In this document: in pieces, positions 1 to 12,405 of the stretch | How the letters are laid out: the number at the start of each line of letters is the position of its first letter | How positions within the stretch are numbered: the first letter of the stretch is position 1 | DNA from: a bacterium | GTDB lineage: Bacteria; Patescibacteriota; Microgenomatia; Levybacterales; UBA12049 | Direction of reading: 5' to 3' | Assembly: GCA_021824155.1 (NCBI GenBank) | Contig: JAKALN010000002.1 | Location: 15,775-79,774 of the forward strand | DNA: 64,000 bases | The notes under the pieces: model-generated | Told to the model about the DNA's origin: nothing | Seen by the model: only the letters and a program-made list of their open reading frames with translations | Database searches by the model: none | Made by a program: the position numbers and the translations under genes

Positions 1-1
1 T

Positions 2-754
2 AAAAATGTATATTATTGTCTTGAGCCCTTGAGAAACGCCTATGAGTATTCACTAAGATTAAAAAAGAATGTCTCTGTCTTTAATAGATTTTATGAGGAT
101 GTAAACAGATGGATTAGAAAACAGATAGACAGAAAAAACACCCTTAGTGCGGATAAAACAGTAACACTTTCTTTATTTGCCAGGGAAAGAATGATATCTT
201 CTTATGATTTATATCCTAAAGTATCGTATTTAGGAATTGATGAAAAATTGTTTAGGCCGAAATCAATAAAAAAGAAGAAACAGGTTTTTTTCGTTGCCGA
301 AAAATATCCGATTTACGGATACGATTTGGCTAAAGAAGCTATAAATTTAATACCCAAAAATATTAGGCCGGAATTAAAAATTATTTCCTGGACAAAAAAC
401 AATAACGAAAGATTATCGGATGAAGAACTGGTTGATTTATATAACGAATCTTTTGTCACGCTTTCATTAAGCAGATTTGATACATTTGGTTTGGTTCCGT
501 TGGAATCTATGTCATGCGGTGTACCTGTAATTGCATTAAACGTTGCAGGATATAGGGAAACAATACTAGACGGAAAAACAGGTTATCTTGTTGATTTTGA
601 GCCAAAAGAAATTGCCGAGAAAATAATTTTTTTGATGAATAACCCGGAAACTGCAACAAAAATGGGAGAGAACGGCAGAAAGTGGATTGAAGAGAAATGG
701 ACATGGAAAGAAAAGAATAAAGAATTAGAAACTATTTTAAAAATATATAAATAG
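2..754 (+). CDS. Glycosyltransferase family 4 (GT-B), 5'-truncated by window edge
   Basis: C-terminal GT4 motif DTFGLVPLESMSCGVPVIA...GYRETILDGKTGYLV; frame is open back to base 2. Confidence 0.9.
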   Translation, partial: KNVYYCLEPLRNAYEYSLRLKKNVSVFNRFYEDVNRWIRKQIDRKNTLSADKTVTLSLFARERMISSYDLYPKVSYLGIDEKLFRPKSIKKKKQVFFVAEKYPIYGYDLAKEAINLIPKNIRPELKIISWTKNNNERLSDEELVDLYNESFVTLSLSRFDTFGLVPLESMSCGVPVIALNVAGYRETILDGKTGYLVDFEPKEIAEKIIFLMNNPETATKMGENGRKWIEEKWTWKEKNKELETILKIYK

Positions 755-769
755 TAAATTTCCAAATAA

Positions 770-1459
770 ATGAATATTTTATTTCAAAGATATAAGCAAG
801 TTAAGGGATTAGTTTTTTTTTCTTATATATATTTAGTCTCTAGATTTAGAATTTTGACAAACAATCCTATATATCACGTAATAGGAGATAGTCATTCAAC
901 CAGTTTTCTAGATCCTGCTTTCGTTATTCATCATATCGGTCCGGCAACTGCATATAAATTAAGTTTTGAAAAGAGTACGACAAGGAGTAGGGAAAAGGTT
1001 TTAGAAATACTTAACAAAATTTATAAACAAAAAAAGTTAAATGTAATCTTTGTGTTTGGGGAATTAGATGTTAGGTTGCAAATAAATAAAATTGCTAATG
1101 AAAAAAATCTTCCGATAAGTAAGGTGATAAATTCAACCGTGAATTCGTACCTCAATTTTTTGAAGCTAGTTAAGGATAAATATCCTTTAATAAATATTTA
1201 CGTATTAAATGTTTTGCCTCAGGGTGAGGAAAAAAATATTTACAATGTTCATCATTATGCGAGTAGAGATATGAGATCCTCTATCGCCCTTGAAACGAAT
1301 AAGGAGTTAAAAGCATATGCAAAAAAAGAGAATTTTAAATTTATCGAAATTTACGATAAACTAATAGACAAAAGTGGGCAAAGAAAAAAGGAATATGTAT
1401 TTGATGAAGTACATTATAATAGAAAAATTACGAGATTCATAATTGATGAACTTAAATAA
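770..1459 (+). CDS. SGNH/GDSL-like hydrolase
   Basis: Block I IGDSH, block III-like GELD, C-terminal DEVH (DxxH). Confidence 0.65.
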   Translation: MNILFQRYKQVKGLVFFSYIYLVSRFRILTNNPIYHVIGDSHSTSFLDPAFVIHHIGPATAYKLSFEKSTTRSREKVLEILNKIYKQKKLNVIFVFGELDVRLQINKIANEKNLPISKVINSTVNSYLNFLKLVKDKYPLINIYVLNVLPQGEEKNIYNVHHYASRDMRSSIALETNKELKAYAKKENFKFIEIYDKLIDKSGQRKKEYVFDEVHYNRKITRFIIDELK

Positions 1460-1460
1460 T

Positions 1461-3644
1461 ATGGGTGTTTCAATAATTATTGTCCACTACAAAGTAAAAG
1501 AAAAATTATTTGAATGTATTGATTCTATTTACTCTTCCAAACCCAAAAACTCATTTGAAATAATTGTTGTTGATAACGATGAGATTAAAACAATAGAAAA
1601 AGATTTAAAGAAAAAATTTCCAAAAGTAAGGTATATAAAAAGCAATGAGAATGTGGGATACGGTGCGGGAAATAATCTGGGGGCAAAGAATGCAAGCGGG
1701 AAATATTTGTTTTTTCTTAACCCCGATATCCGAATAGCTGGTAATTCAATAGATGTATTATATAAATTCTTGGAAAAAAATAAAAAAGCCGGGATTGTTT
1801 CGCCATTAATACTTGGCTCTGACAAAAAACCGCTTGACCGCCAGGGGTATAAAGAACTCAATCTTTTAAATGGTATTTTTACTTTTTCCTTTTTAAGAAG
1901 AAAATTTCCTCAGTTTAGCGTCGCAAGCTATTACTCCTTTTCCGATTGGGTAAAGGAGCCAATTAAGAAGGTTGATACCGTTTACGGAGCGGCATTAATG
2001 ATTTCTTCGAAACTTTTTAAAGAAGTTGGGGGATTTGACGAAAGATTTTTCCTGTATTTTGAAGAAAACGATTTGTCAAAAAGAGTAAGGGACTTAGGTT
2101 ATGAATTATATATAAATTCAAACTCAAAAATAATACATCATGTCGGCCAAAGTACAAAACAAACAAAGGAAAGAGACAAAATTTTTGCTAAAAGCAGATT
2201 TTTATATTTTAAAAAACATTTTGGAATAATCCAGGCATTACTTTTGGAATCTTTATTAAAAATTAATAAGGTTACACTTTTTTTAACATTGGTTTTAGCT
2301 TTGGCACTTGGTTTGAGGTTATATAACCTTTCCAACGGAATGGTATTTATAGGGGACCAGGGATGGTTCTATCTTTCCGCAAGAAACCTACTTATTTACG
2401 GAAACATTCCCCTCGTAGGTATAACATCAAGCCATACATGGCTTCATCAGGGTCCTTTATGGACATATATGCTGTCAATTGCGTTATTCTTATTTAATTT
2501 TAATCCTCTTTCGGGCGCGTATCTGACAATTCTATTTGGGTTGGGGACAATATATTTAATGTATAAAGTGGGGTCAATTTTATTATCTCAAAGAGCGGGT
2601 TTAATTGCAGCTTTGTTATATGCCTTTTCTCCTCTTCCCGCCTTCTATGATAGAATGCCTTTTGATCCTACACCGATTCCTTTTTTTACAATTTTATATT
2701 TTTATGTTTTAGCAAAGTGGGTGAGGGGAAATATAAACCACTTTCCTTTTATTTTACTGTTAATTGCTGTTCTTTATAATTTGGAGCTTTCCACGTTCAT
2801 ATTATTTTTTCCTTTCATGTTAATTATTATTTACGGATTGTTTACAAAAAAATACTGGGCAATTGGAATATTTAATAAAAAAACATTTATTTATTCATTA
2901 CTGGGAGCTTTATTTCCAATGCTTCCTGTAATAATTTATGATTTTTCCCATGGTTTTCCCCAAACCATTATTTTTTTAGGTTGGACAGTATATAAACCTT
3001 TTAGTTTTCTTGTAAAACATTCCTCCGGAAACTTGACCTCTAATTTTTACCCGGTTTTGAATTTTCTGGCCGTTAATATCCAAAATCTGGTTCTTGAAAA
3101 CGGATATTTTATAGGTCCGCTTCTTTTTGTACTTAGTATGGCCCTTCTGTTTTATATTACGGTTATAAAAAATAAGTTTAGGATTGAAAATCCAAATTCC
3201 ACCCTTTTGTTTTTATTGCTGTTTTCCCTTTTTGGGATCTTGGTTAACCAGACCCCTTCAGGAGCATATCTTTTTATACTATTTCCATTGGTAGTATTTT
3301 GCATTGCATTGTTTTTTGATTTTTTAATAGATATAAAACGAATGAAATATTTTGTAATTTTATTGCTAATTATTATTTCTATGTCGAATATAGTCTCTAT
3401 TTATAAAAATGATCATATTCCGGAATTTAAGAACAGGCTTAAAGCTGCCAGCGAAATAATTTCCCTAAGCGGGAATAAAGAGTACAATTTAATTGGAAAG
3501 GGAGAGGGAAGCCAGTTTAGAAGCTTTACAATGAATTATGAATATCTACTTTGGTGGAAAGGATATCCTGTTTCGGCAAATCCCGTAAAAACAAAAATTA
3601 TTGTCTGGGAGACAGGGAAAGGAATAACAGTATATAAATTATGA
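1461..3644 (+). CDS. GT2 glycosyltransferase fused to an ArnT/PMT-like (GT-C) membrane glycosyltransferase
   Basis: N-terminal GT2 (VVDN, GYGAGNNLG, LNPD, GGFDERFFLYFEEND) followed by a multi-TM region with GDQG and HQGPLW motifs; ATG at 1461 preferred over the 1443 ORF start. Confidence 0.8.
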   Translation: MGVSIIIVHYKVKEKLFECIDSIYSSKPKNSFEIIVVDNDEIKTIEKDLKKKFPKVRYIKSNENVGYGAGNNLGAKNASGKYLFFLNPDIRIAGNSIDVLYKFLEKNKKAGIVSPLILGSDKKPLDRQGYKELNLLNGIFTFSFLRRKFPQFSVASYYSFSDWVKEPIKKVDTVYGAALMISSKLFKEVGGFDERFFLYFEENDLSKRVRDLGYELYINSNSKIIHHVGQSTKQTKERDKIFAKSRFLYFKKHFGIIQALLLESLLKINKVTLFLTLVLALALGLRLYNLSNGMVFIGDQGWFYLSARNLLIYGNIPLVGITSSHTWLHQGPLWTYMLSIALFLFNFNPLSGAYLTILFGLGTIYLMYKVGSILLSQRAGLIAALLYAFSPLPAFYDRMPFDPTPIPFFTILYFYVLAKWVRGNINHFPFILLLIAVLYNLELSTFILFFPFMLIIIYGLFTKKYWAIGIFNKKTFIYSLLGALFPMLPVIIYDFSHGFPQTIIFLGWTVYKPFSFLVKHSSGNLTSNFYPVLNFLAVNIQNLVLENGYFIGPLLFVLSMALLFYITVIKNKFRIENPNSTLLFLLLFSLFGILVNQTPSGAYLFILFPLVVFCIALFFDFLIDIKRMKYFVILLLIIISMSNIVSIYKNDHIPEFKNRLKAASEIISLSGNKEYNLIGKGEGSQFRSFTMNYEYLLWWKGYPVSANPVKTKIIVWETGKGITVYKL

Positions 3645-4393
3645 TTAGCGCGATTGTTCTTACAAAAAACGAAGAAAATAACATTATTGACTGTTTAGAT
3701 AGTATTTCCTGGTGTGATGAAATAATAGTTATAGACGATATCTCAAAAGACAGGACTCTTGAAGTTATAAGAAATTTTAATCCAAGGGTTAAAATATATC
3801 AAAGAAACTTACAGAATGATTTTTCCGCGCAAAGGAATTTCGGTTTGTCTAAGGCAAAAGGGGATTGGATTTTGTTTATAGATGCAGACGAAAGATTAAG
3901 TAACGGTTTAAAAGGAGAAATACAGGATTTTCTTGAGATAAAAAATAAAAATAATAAGGGGTTTTATTTGTATCGTAAAGACGTACTTTGGGGAAAACAA
4001 TTAAATCATGGCGAAGCGGGGAGTATAAAACTTTTAAGGTTTGGAAAAAAGGATACGGGAGAATGGAAAGGAAAAGTTCATGAAGTTTGGGATATAAAAG
4101 AAAACCTGGGAAATTTTAAGATGCCTCTTTACCATTTTCCGCATCAAAATATCGAGGAATTTATAAGAGAGATAAATTATTATACCGACTTACGGTCTAA
4201 GGAACTATTTGATAGGGGAGAGAGTGTCTCTTTTATAAAGATAGTTTTATATCCTCTTATAAAGTTTAAAGTAAACTATTTTTTAAGACTCGGGTTTCTG
4301 GATGGGGTCGAAGGCCTTGTTTTTGCCCTGATGATGAGTTTTCATTCTTTTTTGGTAAGAAGTAAGCTTTGGCTTTTATGGCAAAAAAAATAA
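3641..4393 (+). CDS. GT2 glycosyltransferase (WaaE/KdtX-like)
   Basis: ISAIVLTKNEE, IDDIS, QRNFGL, WILFIDADE, VHE motifs. Confidence 0.88.
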   Translation: MISAIVLTKNEENNIIDCLDSISWCDEIIVIDDISKDRTLEVIRNFNPRVKIYQRNLQNDFSAQRNFGLSKAKGDWILFIDADERLSNGLKGEIQDFLEIKNKNNKGFYLYRKDVLWGKQLNHGEAGSIKLLRFGKKDTGEWKGKVHEVWDIKENLGNFKMPLYHFPHQNIEEFIREINYYTDLRSKELFDRGESVSFIKIVLYPLIKFKVNYFLRLGFLDGVEGLVFALMMSFHSFLVRSKLWLLWQKK

Positions 4394-4491
4394 GTTATCT
4401 TATCTTCATTTTCTGGGCCCTTGCTGTTTTGTATGCTTATTTATCTTATATTCTTTGCCGGGGAGGTATATGTTTTCATTTGCCGTTATAA
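4378..4491 (+). CDS. Possible 37-aa single-TM small protein
   Basis: ATG..TAA reading MAKKISYLIFIFWALAVLYAYLSYILCRGGICFHLPL; fills the gap and overlaps both neighbours. Confidence 0.35.
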   Translation: MAKKISYLIFIFWALAVLYAYLSYILCRGGICFHLPL

Positions 4492-6077
4492 TAGGAGTTT
4501 ATTCTTATATTATTTTTTTTCTTGGAGTAGCGGGTCTGCTTTTTAAAAATTACGTTTTTATAACTTCTTTGGTTTACATAGGAATATCTTTTTTCTTATT
4601 AAGAAATAAGATTTCAATTTGTTTTGGCAGGGTAAAAAATTTTTTTAGCGTTAAAGATAAGCTGTCTTTGAGTTTAACTTCTCTGATAATAGTTCAGGTA
4701 TTGGTTAACTTTATAGGTGTTTTAGGACCTGAAATTTCTTTTGACGCTCTTTGGTATCACCTTACATTGCCGAAAATCTATATTCTAAACCACGGTATTT
4801 TTCATATTCCGGGAAATCTTTTATATTATTCCGACATGCCAAAGCTGACAGAGATGCTTTATATTCCTTCATTGATGTTTTCAAATGAAATTACGGCAAA
4901 ATTAATACATTTTTCTTTTGGAATACTCGTTTTGGTTGTGCTATACCGGCTTTCGAGAAGATACTTCTCCAAAAGTTTATCCTTATTGGTTTTAATAATC
5001 TTTTATTCGAATTTAGTAGTTGAATGGGAATCCGTAACTGCTTATGTTGATTTGGCAAGAACATTTTTTGAGATCTCTGCACTTTTGGCTTTTATAATTT
5101 GGGTAGAAGAAAAGAAAACCAAATTGTTGATATATTCTGCGGTTATATTGGGATTTGCAATAGCCTCAAAAGTAATAGCTTTGGAATCTCTGTTAATATT
5201 TTTAACCCTGTTTCTTGCTCAATTATTTATATACAGAGAGCCAATACTCAAGCAAATAAAAAATATGGTTATTTTTATTTTCTTTTCTATTCTTGTTCCT
5301 TTGCCTTGGTTTATTTTCTCTTTTTTAAATACAAAAAATCCTTTGTACCCCTTTTTCGATAGCAGAATAAATATTGGAACGAATTTTGTTTTTCCTAATA
5401 TCCTTAATTTTCCAAAAGATTTTTTAAGTCTTTTGATTTTTTCCAGTGACCCTATTTCGCCTTTGTATTTAATAATGTTTCCCCTTTTGATAATTTTATT
5501 CACGAAAGTTAAAAATAATATAAAACTTGTATATGTTTATTCTTTACTGGCTCTTATATTATGGTATTTAACTCCAAGAATCGGCGGGGGGAGATTTGTT
5601 CTTCCTTATCTTCCTGCTTTTTCGCTTGTAACTGTTTATTGTATAAATCTTATCAGCAGCAAAAAACTGAAATTTTTCCTAATTTCCATAGCCTTAATAA
5701 TTTCTTTATCCTCTATAGGTTACCGTTTTATAGCCAACGAAAGATATATTCCGGTTATTTTAGGCCGGCAAACAAAAACAGAATATCTGACTAAGCATTT
5801 GAATTTTTCTTTTGGGGACTTTTATGACACAGACAATTATTTTAAATCCCATATTAAGAATACGGACAGAGTTTTATTGTACGGATTTCATAACCTTTAT
5901 TATGTTGATTTTCCCTTTACTGATTCTTCCTATGTTAAAAAAGGAGAAACTTTTAATTATATTGCTCTGCAGAATACTTCTTTGCCCGGGAGGTTTAACT
6001 CTTGGAATTTGGTTTATTACAATCCCATTACTCATGTTAAACTATATTCAATGGGGGGAGAAAAATGGGTTTATTAA
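4470..6077 (+). CDS. Multi-TM GT-C-like membrane glycosyltransferase
   Basis: GGAGGT SD before ATG 4470; DALWYHL motif, many TM segments, glycan gene cluster context. Confidence 0.7.
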   Translation: MFSFAVIIGVYSYIIFFLGVAGLLFKNYVFITSLVYIGISFFLLRNKISICFGRVKNFFSVKDKLSLSLTSLIIVQVLVNFIGVLGPEISFDALWYHLTLPKIYILNHGIFHIPGNLLYYSDMPKLTEMLYIPSLMFSNEITAKLIHFSFGILVLVVLYRLSRRYFSKSLSLLVLIIFYSNLVVEWESVTAYVDLARTFFEISALLAFIIWVEEKKTKLLIYSAVILGFAIASKVIALESLLIFLTLFLAQLFIYREPILKQIKNMVIFIFFSILVPLPWFIFSFLNTKNPLYPFFDSRINIGTNFVFPNILNFPKDFLSLLIFSSDPISPLYLIMFPLLIILFTKVKNNIKLVYVYSLLALILWYLTPRIGGGRFVLPYLPAFSLVTVYCINLISSKKLKFFLISIALIISLSSIGYRFIANERYIPVILGRQTKTEYLTKHLNFSFGDFYDTDNYFKSHIKNTDRVLLYGFHNLYYVDFPFTDSSYVKKGETFNYIALQNTSLPGRFNSWNLVYYNPITHVKLYSMGGEKWVY

Positions 6078-7264
6078 AAATAATTTTTATCATATTCATT
6101 CTTAGCTTTCCTCTTGCGGAATTAGGAAGATTCCAATTTCCAAACGGAATAGCATTTTCGGTTAACGAAGTTATTTTGGCAGTTTTAATTGTTTTTTGGG
6201 GCATTTATAAAATAACAAAAAATAAAAAAGTTAAAAAAAGCATTATTTTAAAACCATCTTCTATCTTCGTTTGCATAGCCTTCTTTTCTTTAATTTTAAA
6301 TTTTTTTAACTTGAGCTTAGATAAATTTTTAATATCTTTTTTATATCTATTAAGGTGGGTTTCATATTTGTTACTATTTTTTATTGTTAGAGATTTTGAC
6401 ATTAATTATAAAAAGAAAATTCCTTATTTTATGCTGTTTTCAGGGGGTATGGTAGTTTTAGGAGGGTATGTACAGTATTTTCTTTATCCGAGTCTTAGGA
6501 ATTTATACTATCTGGGGTGGGATGAACATCTTTATAGGATGTTTTCAAGCTTTTTAGACCCGAATTTTCTCGGTTCATTTCTTGTACTGCTTTTAATGCT
6601 TATTTTGGGATTACTTTATAAGCAATTTAAAGTTAAAAATGTTTACTTGGGAGTAATTTTATCGGCTTTTGGCTTTGTGACTTTGATTGCCGTATATCTT
6701 ACTTATTCCAGAGGCGCTCTGATAATGCTGATTGTCAGTCTGGCTTCATTTCTTTTTCTGATAGGGAAGAGGAAGATTATTATGGTTTCTATTTTGGCTC
6801 TTATCCTTATTATATTTTTTATTCCCAAATCATTTAAAACAGAAGGAACAAATTTTCTAAGAACGGCTTCAAGTGAGGCAAGGATAAGTTCGGTACAGAT
6901 TGCCTTTAAAATATTTCAGACAAGCCCTGTTTACGGAATAGGGTTTAATGCCTACAGATACGCACAAAATAAATACGGTTTGGATAATAATGGCTGGATG
7001 GTAACGCATTCGGGAGCGGGAACAGACAACAGTTTTATTTTTGTATTGGCCACGACTGGGATTATCGGTTTCGCTTCTTTTATTTATTTAGTTATAAGTG
7101 TATTTATGCTTGCTAAAAAAAATCTGAAAAATAATTTCCTTTCTCTTGTACTTTTTTCTTCTTTTGCAGGTTTGGCGGTAAACAGCCTTTTTATAAATAG
7201 CTTGTTCTATGTATTTATTCTTGAGTGGATATGGATTGTCGGAGGACTTATTGAGAGTAATTAA
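6065..7264 (+). CDS. O-antigen ligase / Wzy_C family protein
   Basis: R..S.FLDPNF, LTYSRGA, P..GIG motifs; multi-TM. Confidence 0.8.
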   Translation: MGLLKIIFIIFILSFPLAELGRFQFPNGIAFSVNEVILAVLIVFWGIYKITKNKKVKKSIILKPSSIFVCIAFFSLILNFFNLSLDKFLISFLYLLRWVSYLLLFFIVRDFDINYKKKIPYFMLFSGGMVVLGGYVQYFLYPSLRNLYYLGWDEHLYRMFSSFLDPNFLGSFLVLLLMLILGLLYKQFKVKNVYLGVILSAFGFVTLIAVYLTYSRGALIMLIVSLASFLFLIGKRKIIMVSILALILIIFFIPKSFKTEGTNFLRTASSEARISSVQIAFKIFQTSPVYGIGFNAYRYAQNKYGLDNNGWMVTHSGAGTDNSFIFVLATTGIIGFASFIYLVISVFMLAKKNLKNNFLSLVLFSSFAGLAVNSLFINSLFYVFILEWIWIVGGLIESN

Positions 7265-7958
7265 CCTTTAAATCTTTCTCCGTCTTATTTCCCGCTTGGT
7301 CTGTTGCGATTACTTTGATTTGATTATCCCCGTTTTGTAAAGGAAGGTTATAGGAGAAATTATTGTTTTCGTCCATTACCGCCCAGAATCCGTTAACGGT
7401 TACATTTACTCCCGGGTCGGTTGTGCCTGTTACGTTTACTGAATTTTGGTCCTTAGAGAAAGATTGTCCGTCGGTCGGAGTATTTATGTTTAAAGAAGGG
7501 GCCTTATTAATAAGACTTACAGTAAAAGTGTTTGAAAAATCACTATTTTTGTTATTATCTTCGGTTTTTGCAGCTATTTGATTGTTTCCGCTTGAAAGTG
7601 ATTCAGTAAAAAAGAAATTACCGTCTTTGTCACTTTGGACGGTATCTTTTAAGTCACTGTTTATGTATAAATTTACGGTTTTATTAGCCTCTGCTTTACC
7701 CGATATAATTATTTGAGCGCTGTTGGTTGCCTGAGGCAGGGGGTTAAGTACCGGTGCGGGAATAAACGTAACATTAGAATTGACATTTAAAGAAGCTGGT
7801 TGATTTTTTGTTCCGGCAAGAAATACGCTGAATCCCACTAAAAGATTAATGCCAAATTTGATGAGCAAGAACAATATTATTATTATTCCAAGGGAGGTAA
7901 GTATAATAGTTTTTTTTGTTTTTCTTTCTGTTTTTAAAGCTAACCGTGATCTTCTCAT
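7248..7958 (-). CDS. Membrane-anchored protein with bacterial Ig-like domains
   Basis: N-terminal TM, then two beta-rich repeats (ISGKAE..GNNQI; VTGTTDPG..GDNQIKVIATDQAGN). Confidence 0.75.
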   Translation of the reverse strand: MRRSRLALKTERKTKKTIILTSLGIIIILFLLIKFGINLLVGFSVFLAGTKNQPASLNVNSNVTFIPAPVLNPLPQATNSAQIIISGKAEANKTVNLYINSDLKDTVQSDKDGNFFFTESLSSGNNQIAAKTEDNNKNSDFSNTFTVSLINKAPSLNINTPTDGQSFSKDQNSVNVTGTTDPGVNVTVNGFWAVMDENNNFSYNLPLQNGDNQIKVIATDQAGNKTEKDLKVNYSQ

Positions 7959-8047
7959 AAATTCTACTTTTTATTATACCTCTTTCCCAAAAATTTTCTT
8001 CCCGCTTCTATAGCACTTACATATATACTAGTGCTAACAGTCTTACC

Positions 8048-8089
8048 TGAGCCAACGGCAGGAATCGGACCTTCGACCTAATGTTTACC
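8048..8089 (-). pseudogene. Orphan 3' half of a tRNA-Thr(GGT)
   Basis: Minus strand GGT-AA-ACATT-AGGTC-GAAGG-TCCGATT-CCTGC-CGTTGGC-T-CA: anticodon through acceptor 3' strand; no 5' half seen. Confidence 0.55.
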
Positions 8090-8105
8090 TGTCCGTCATT
8101 TTTTG

Positions 8106-8177
8106 AGCCGGAGGTGGGACTTGAACCCACGACTTGCTCTTTACGAAAGAGCTACTCTACCACTGAGTTACTCCGGC
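8106..8177 (-). tRNA. tRNA-Thr(CGT)
   Basis: GCCGGAG/CTCCGGC acceptor stem, GCTCT-TTCGTAA-AGAGC anticodon arm, GGTTCAAGTCC T arm. Confidence 0.95.
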
Positions 8178-8219
8178 GACATCCTACATATTTTATGAAA
8201 TTTCAGTACGGAAGGCAAA

Positions 8220-8633
8220 TTAAGAGGTCCTTATTTTATTTTTTCGGGCAACTTTTAATTCAAGAATAGCTCTTCTGAGTTCCGATTCTGCAATTTTGAA
8301 ATCTTTATCCTTTTCATGTTCTTCCATTCGCTTTTTTGCTCTTTCCTGGGCTTCCTGGGCTTTTCCTATTTCGATATCTTCCGCACGGACGGCGTAGTCT
8401 GCAAGAATGCTTATTTTATTTTCCGATACCTCTAAAAAACCGCCTGTAACCGCAAAATGGTCGTTTTTCCCGTTATTTTTAATAGTCATTTCTCCGGGTA
8501 TAATTTTAGTCAGAAGATTTTCATGATTGGGGAGTATAGATATTTCGCCCGTTGTTGTTGAAATTGTTATTTCATCTACTTCCTCGTCTAGAATTACTTT
8601 TTCGGGAGTAATGACTTCCAAATGAAGTTTCAT
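8220..8633 (-). CDS. atpC: ATP synthase F1 epsilon subunit
   Basis: LEVITPE, GEISILPNH, GGFLEV motifs; last gene of atp operon; start at MKLHLE. Confidence 0.95.
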   Translation of the reverse strand: MKLHLEVITPEKVILDEEVDEITISTTTGEISILPNHENLLTKIIPGEMTIKNNGKNDHFAVTGGFLEVSENKISILADYAVRAEDIEIGKAQEAQERAKKRMEEHEKDKDFKIAESELRRAILELKVARKNKIRTS

Positions 8634-8634
8634 A

Positions 8635-10872
<2,238 letters not shown>

Positions 10873-10873
<1 letters not shown>

Positions 10874-12402
10874 TAGACTGAAAATCCTTTCTTAAATTCC
10901 TGAGTTGCCTTTTGTAATTGTTTTAAAGTCTCCTCATCGGGTTTTGAGCCTTTTGATAAAGCTGTGATAATTTTTGGGTAAGTCGCCTTTATAAAGTTAT
11001 GGTATTCTTTTTCGAATCTTGAGACTTCGGTTGCAGGGACGTCATCGGCATATCCGTTTGTAACAACCCATATACTTAAATACTCTAAAGCCTCAGTAAG
11101 AGCCCCGTACTGGGGTTGTTTAAGCATTTCCGTTGTTCTTCTTCCTCTGTCAAGCTGTGCTGCAGTGGCCGGATCCAATTCGCTTCCGAATTGTGCAAAA
11201 GAAGCCATTTCCCTGTACTGGGCAAGTTCAAGCTTCATTTTTCCGGAAACAGATTTCATTTCCGGTGTTTGCGCCGCTCCTCCGACCCTTGAAACAGAAG
11301 TGCCTATATTTATGGCCGGTCTTATGCCGCTGTAAAAAAGGTCTCCTTCAAGGTAAATTTGTCCGTCGGTAATTGAAATTACGTTTGTGGGGATATAGGC
11401 AGATACGTCATTTCCCTGTGTTTCGATAATGGGTAAAGCCGTTATCGAGCCTCCTCCTTCTTCTCTGTTGAGCCTTACCGCTCTTTCCAAGAGCCTGCTG
11501 TGCAGATAGAAAATATCTCCGGGGTAAGCTTCTCTTCCGGCCGGCCTTTTTAAGACAAGAGATATCTGTCTGTAGGCCCATGCGTGTTTTGTTAAATCGT
11601 CATAGACTACCAATGCATCTTCACCTTTTTGCATAAAGTATTCTGCTATGGCAACTCCTGCATAAGGAGCCAAATATTGCAGGGAAGCCGGGTCGGCAGC
11701 TGAAGCTACAACAACTATGGTATAGTCTATTGCCTCGGTTTCTTTTAATTTGTCAATTATCTGTGCAATCCTGCTTTGTTTTTGTCCGATTGCAACATAA
11801 ACGCAGGTGACCGGTTTAAGCCCTCCGTTTTTTTGGTTATTTTTCTGGTTAATTATTGTATCTACGGCAATTGCGGTTTTCCCCAAGCCCCTGTCTCCGA
11901 TAATAAGTTCCCTTTGTCCTCTTCCTATGGGAAACATTGCGTCAATTGCTTTTATTCCGGTTTTAAGCGGGGTATTGACCGGTTCTCTTTCTACGACTCC
12001 CGCTGCTATTTTCTCAAGGGACATTTCTTTTCCTTGTTTCCTAGGCTTTGCTTTTCCGTCAAGAGGTTCTCCCAAAGGGTCGATAACTCTTCCTATTAAA
12101 TCCTCGGAGACGCTAATCGAAAGCATTCTTCCCGTCGTCTTTACCCTGTCGCCTTCTTTTATGTCATCTCCTTCGCCTAAAAGGATTATTGAAATATTGT
12201 CTTCATCCAGGTTTAGAACCATTCCTATTGTTCCGTTTTCAAAAGATACCAGTTCTCCCATCATTGCTTTTGATAATCCCGAGGCTACAATAACTCCGTC
12301 CGTATTTGTTTGCACTTCTCCCACATTCTGAAGCTTAGTATCAAGGCTAAAAGAGGATAACCCTTTTTCTAACTGCTTAATAATTTCGTCGCTGTTTACC
12401 AT
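10873..12402 (-). CDS. atpA: ATP synthase F1 alpha subunit
   Basis: GRGQRELIIGDRGLGKT, GREAYPGDIFYLHSRLLERA. Confidence 0.98.
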
Positions 12403-12405
12403 AAT

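Noticed and set aside
8081-8269. 62-aa ORF, and likewise 28524-28715 and 61904-62254
   Set aside because: Shadow ORFs lying over tRNA genes
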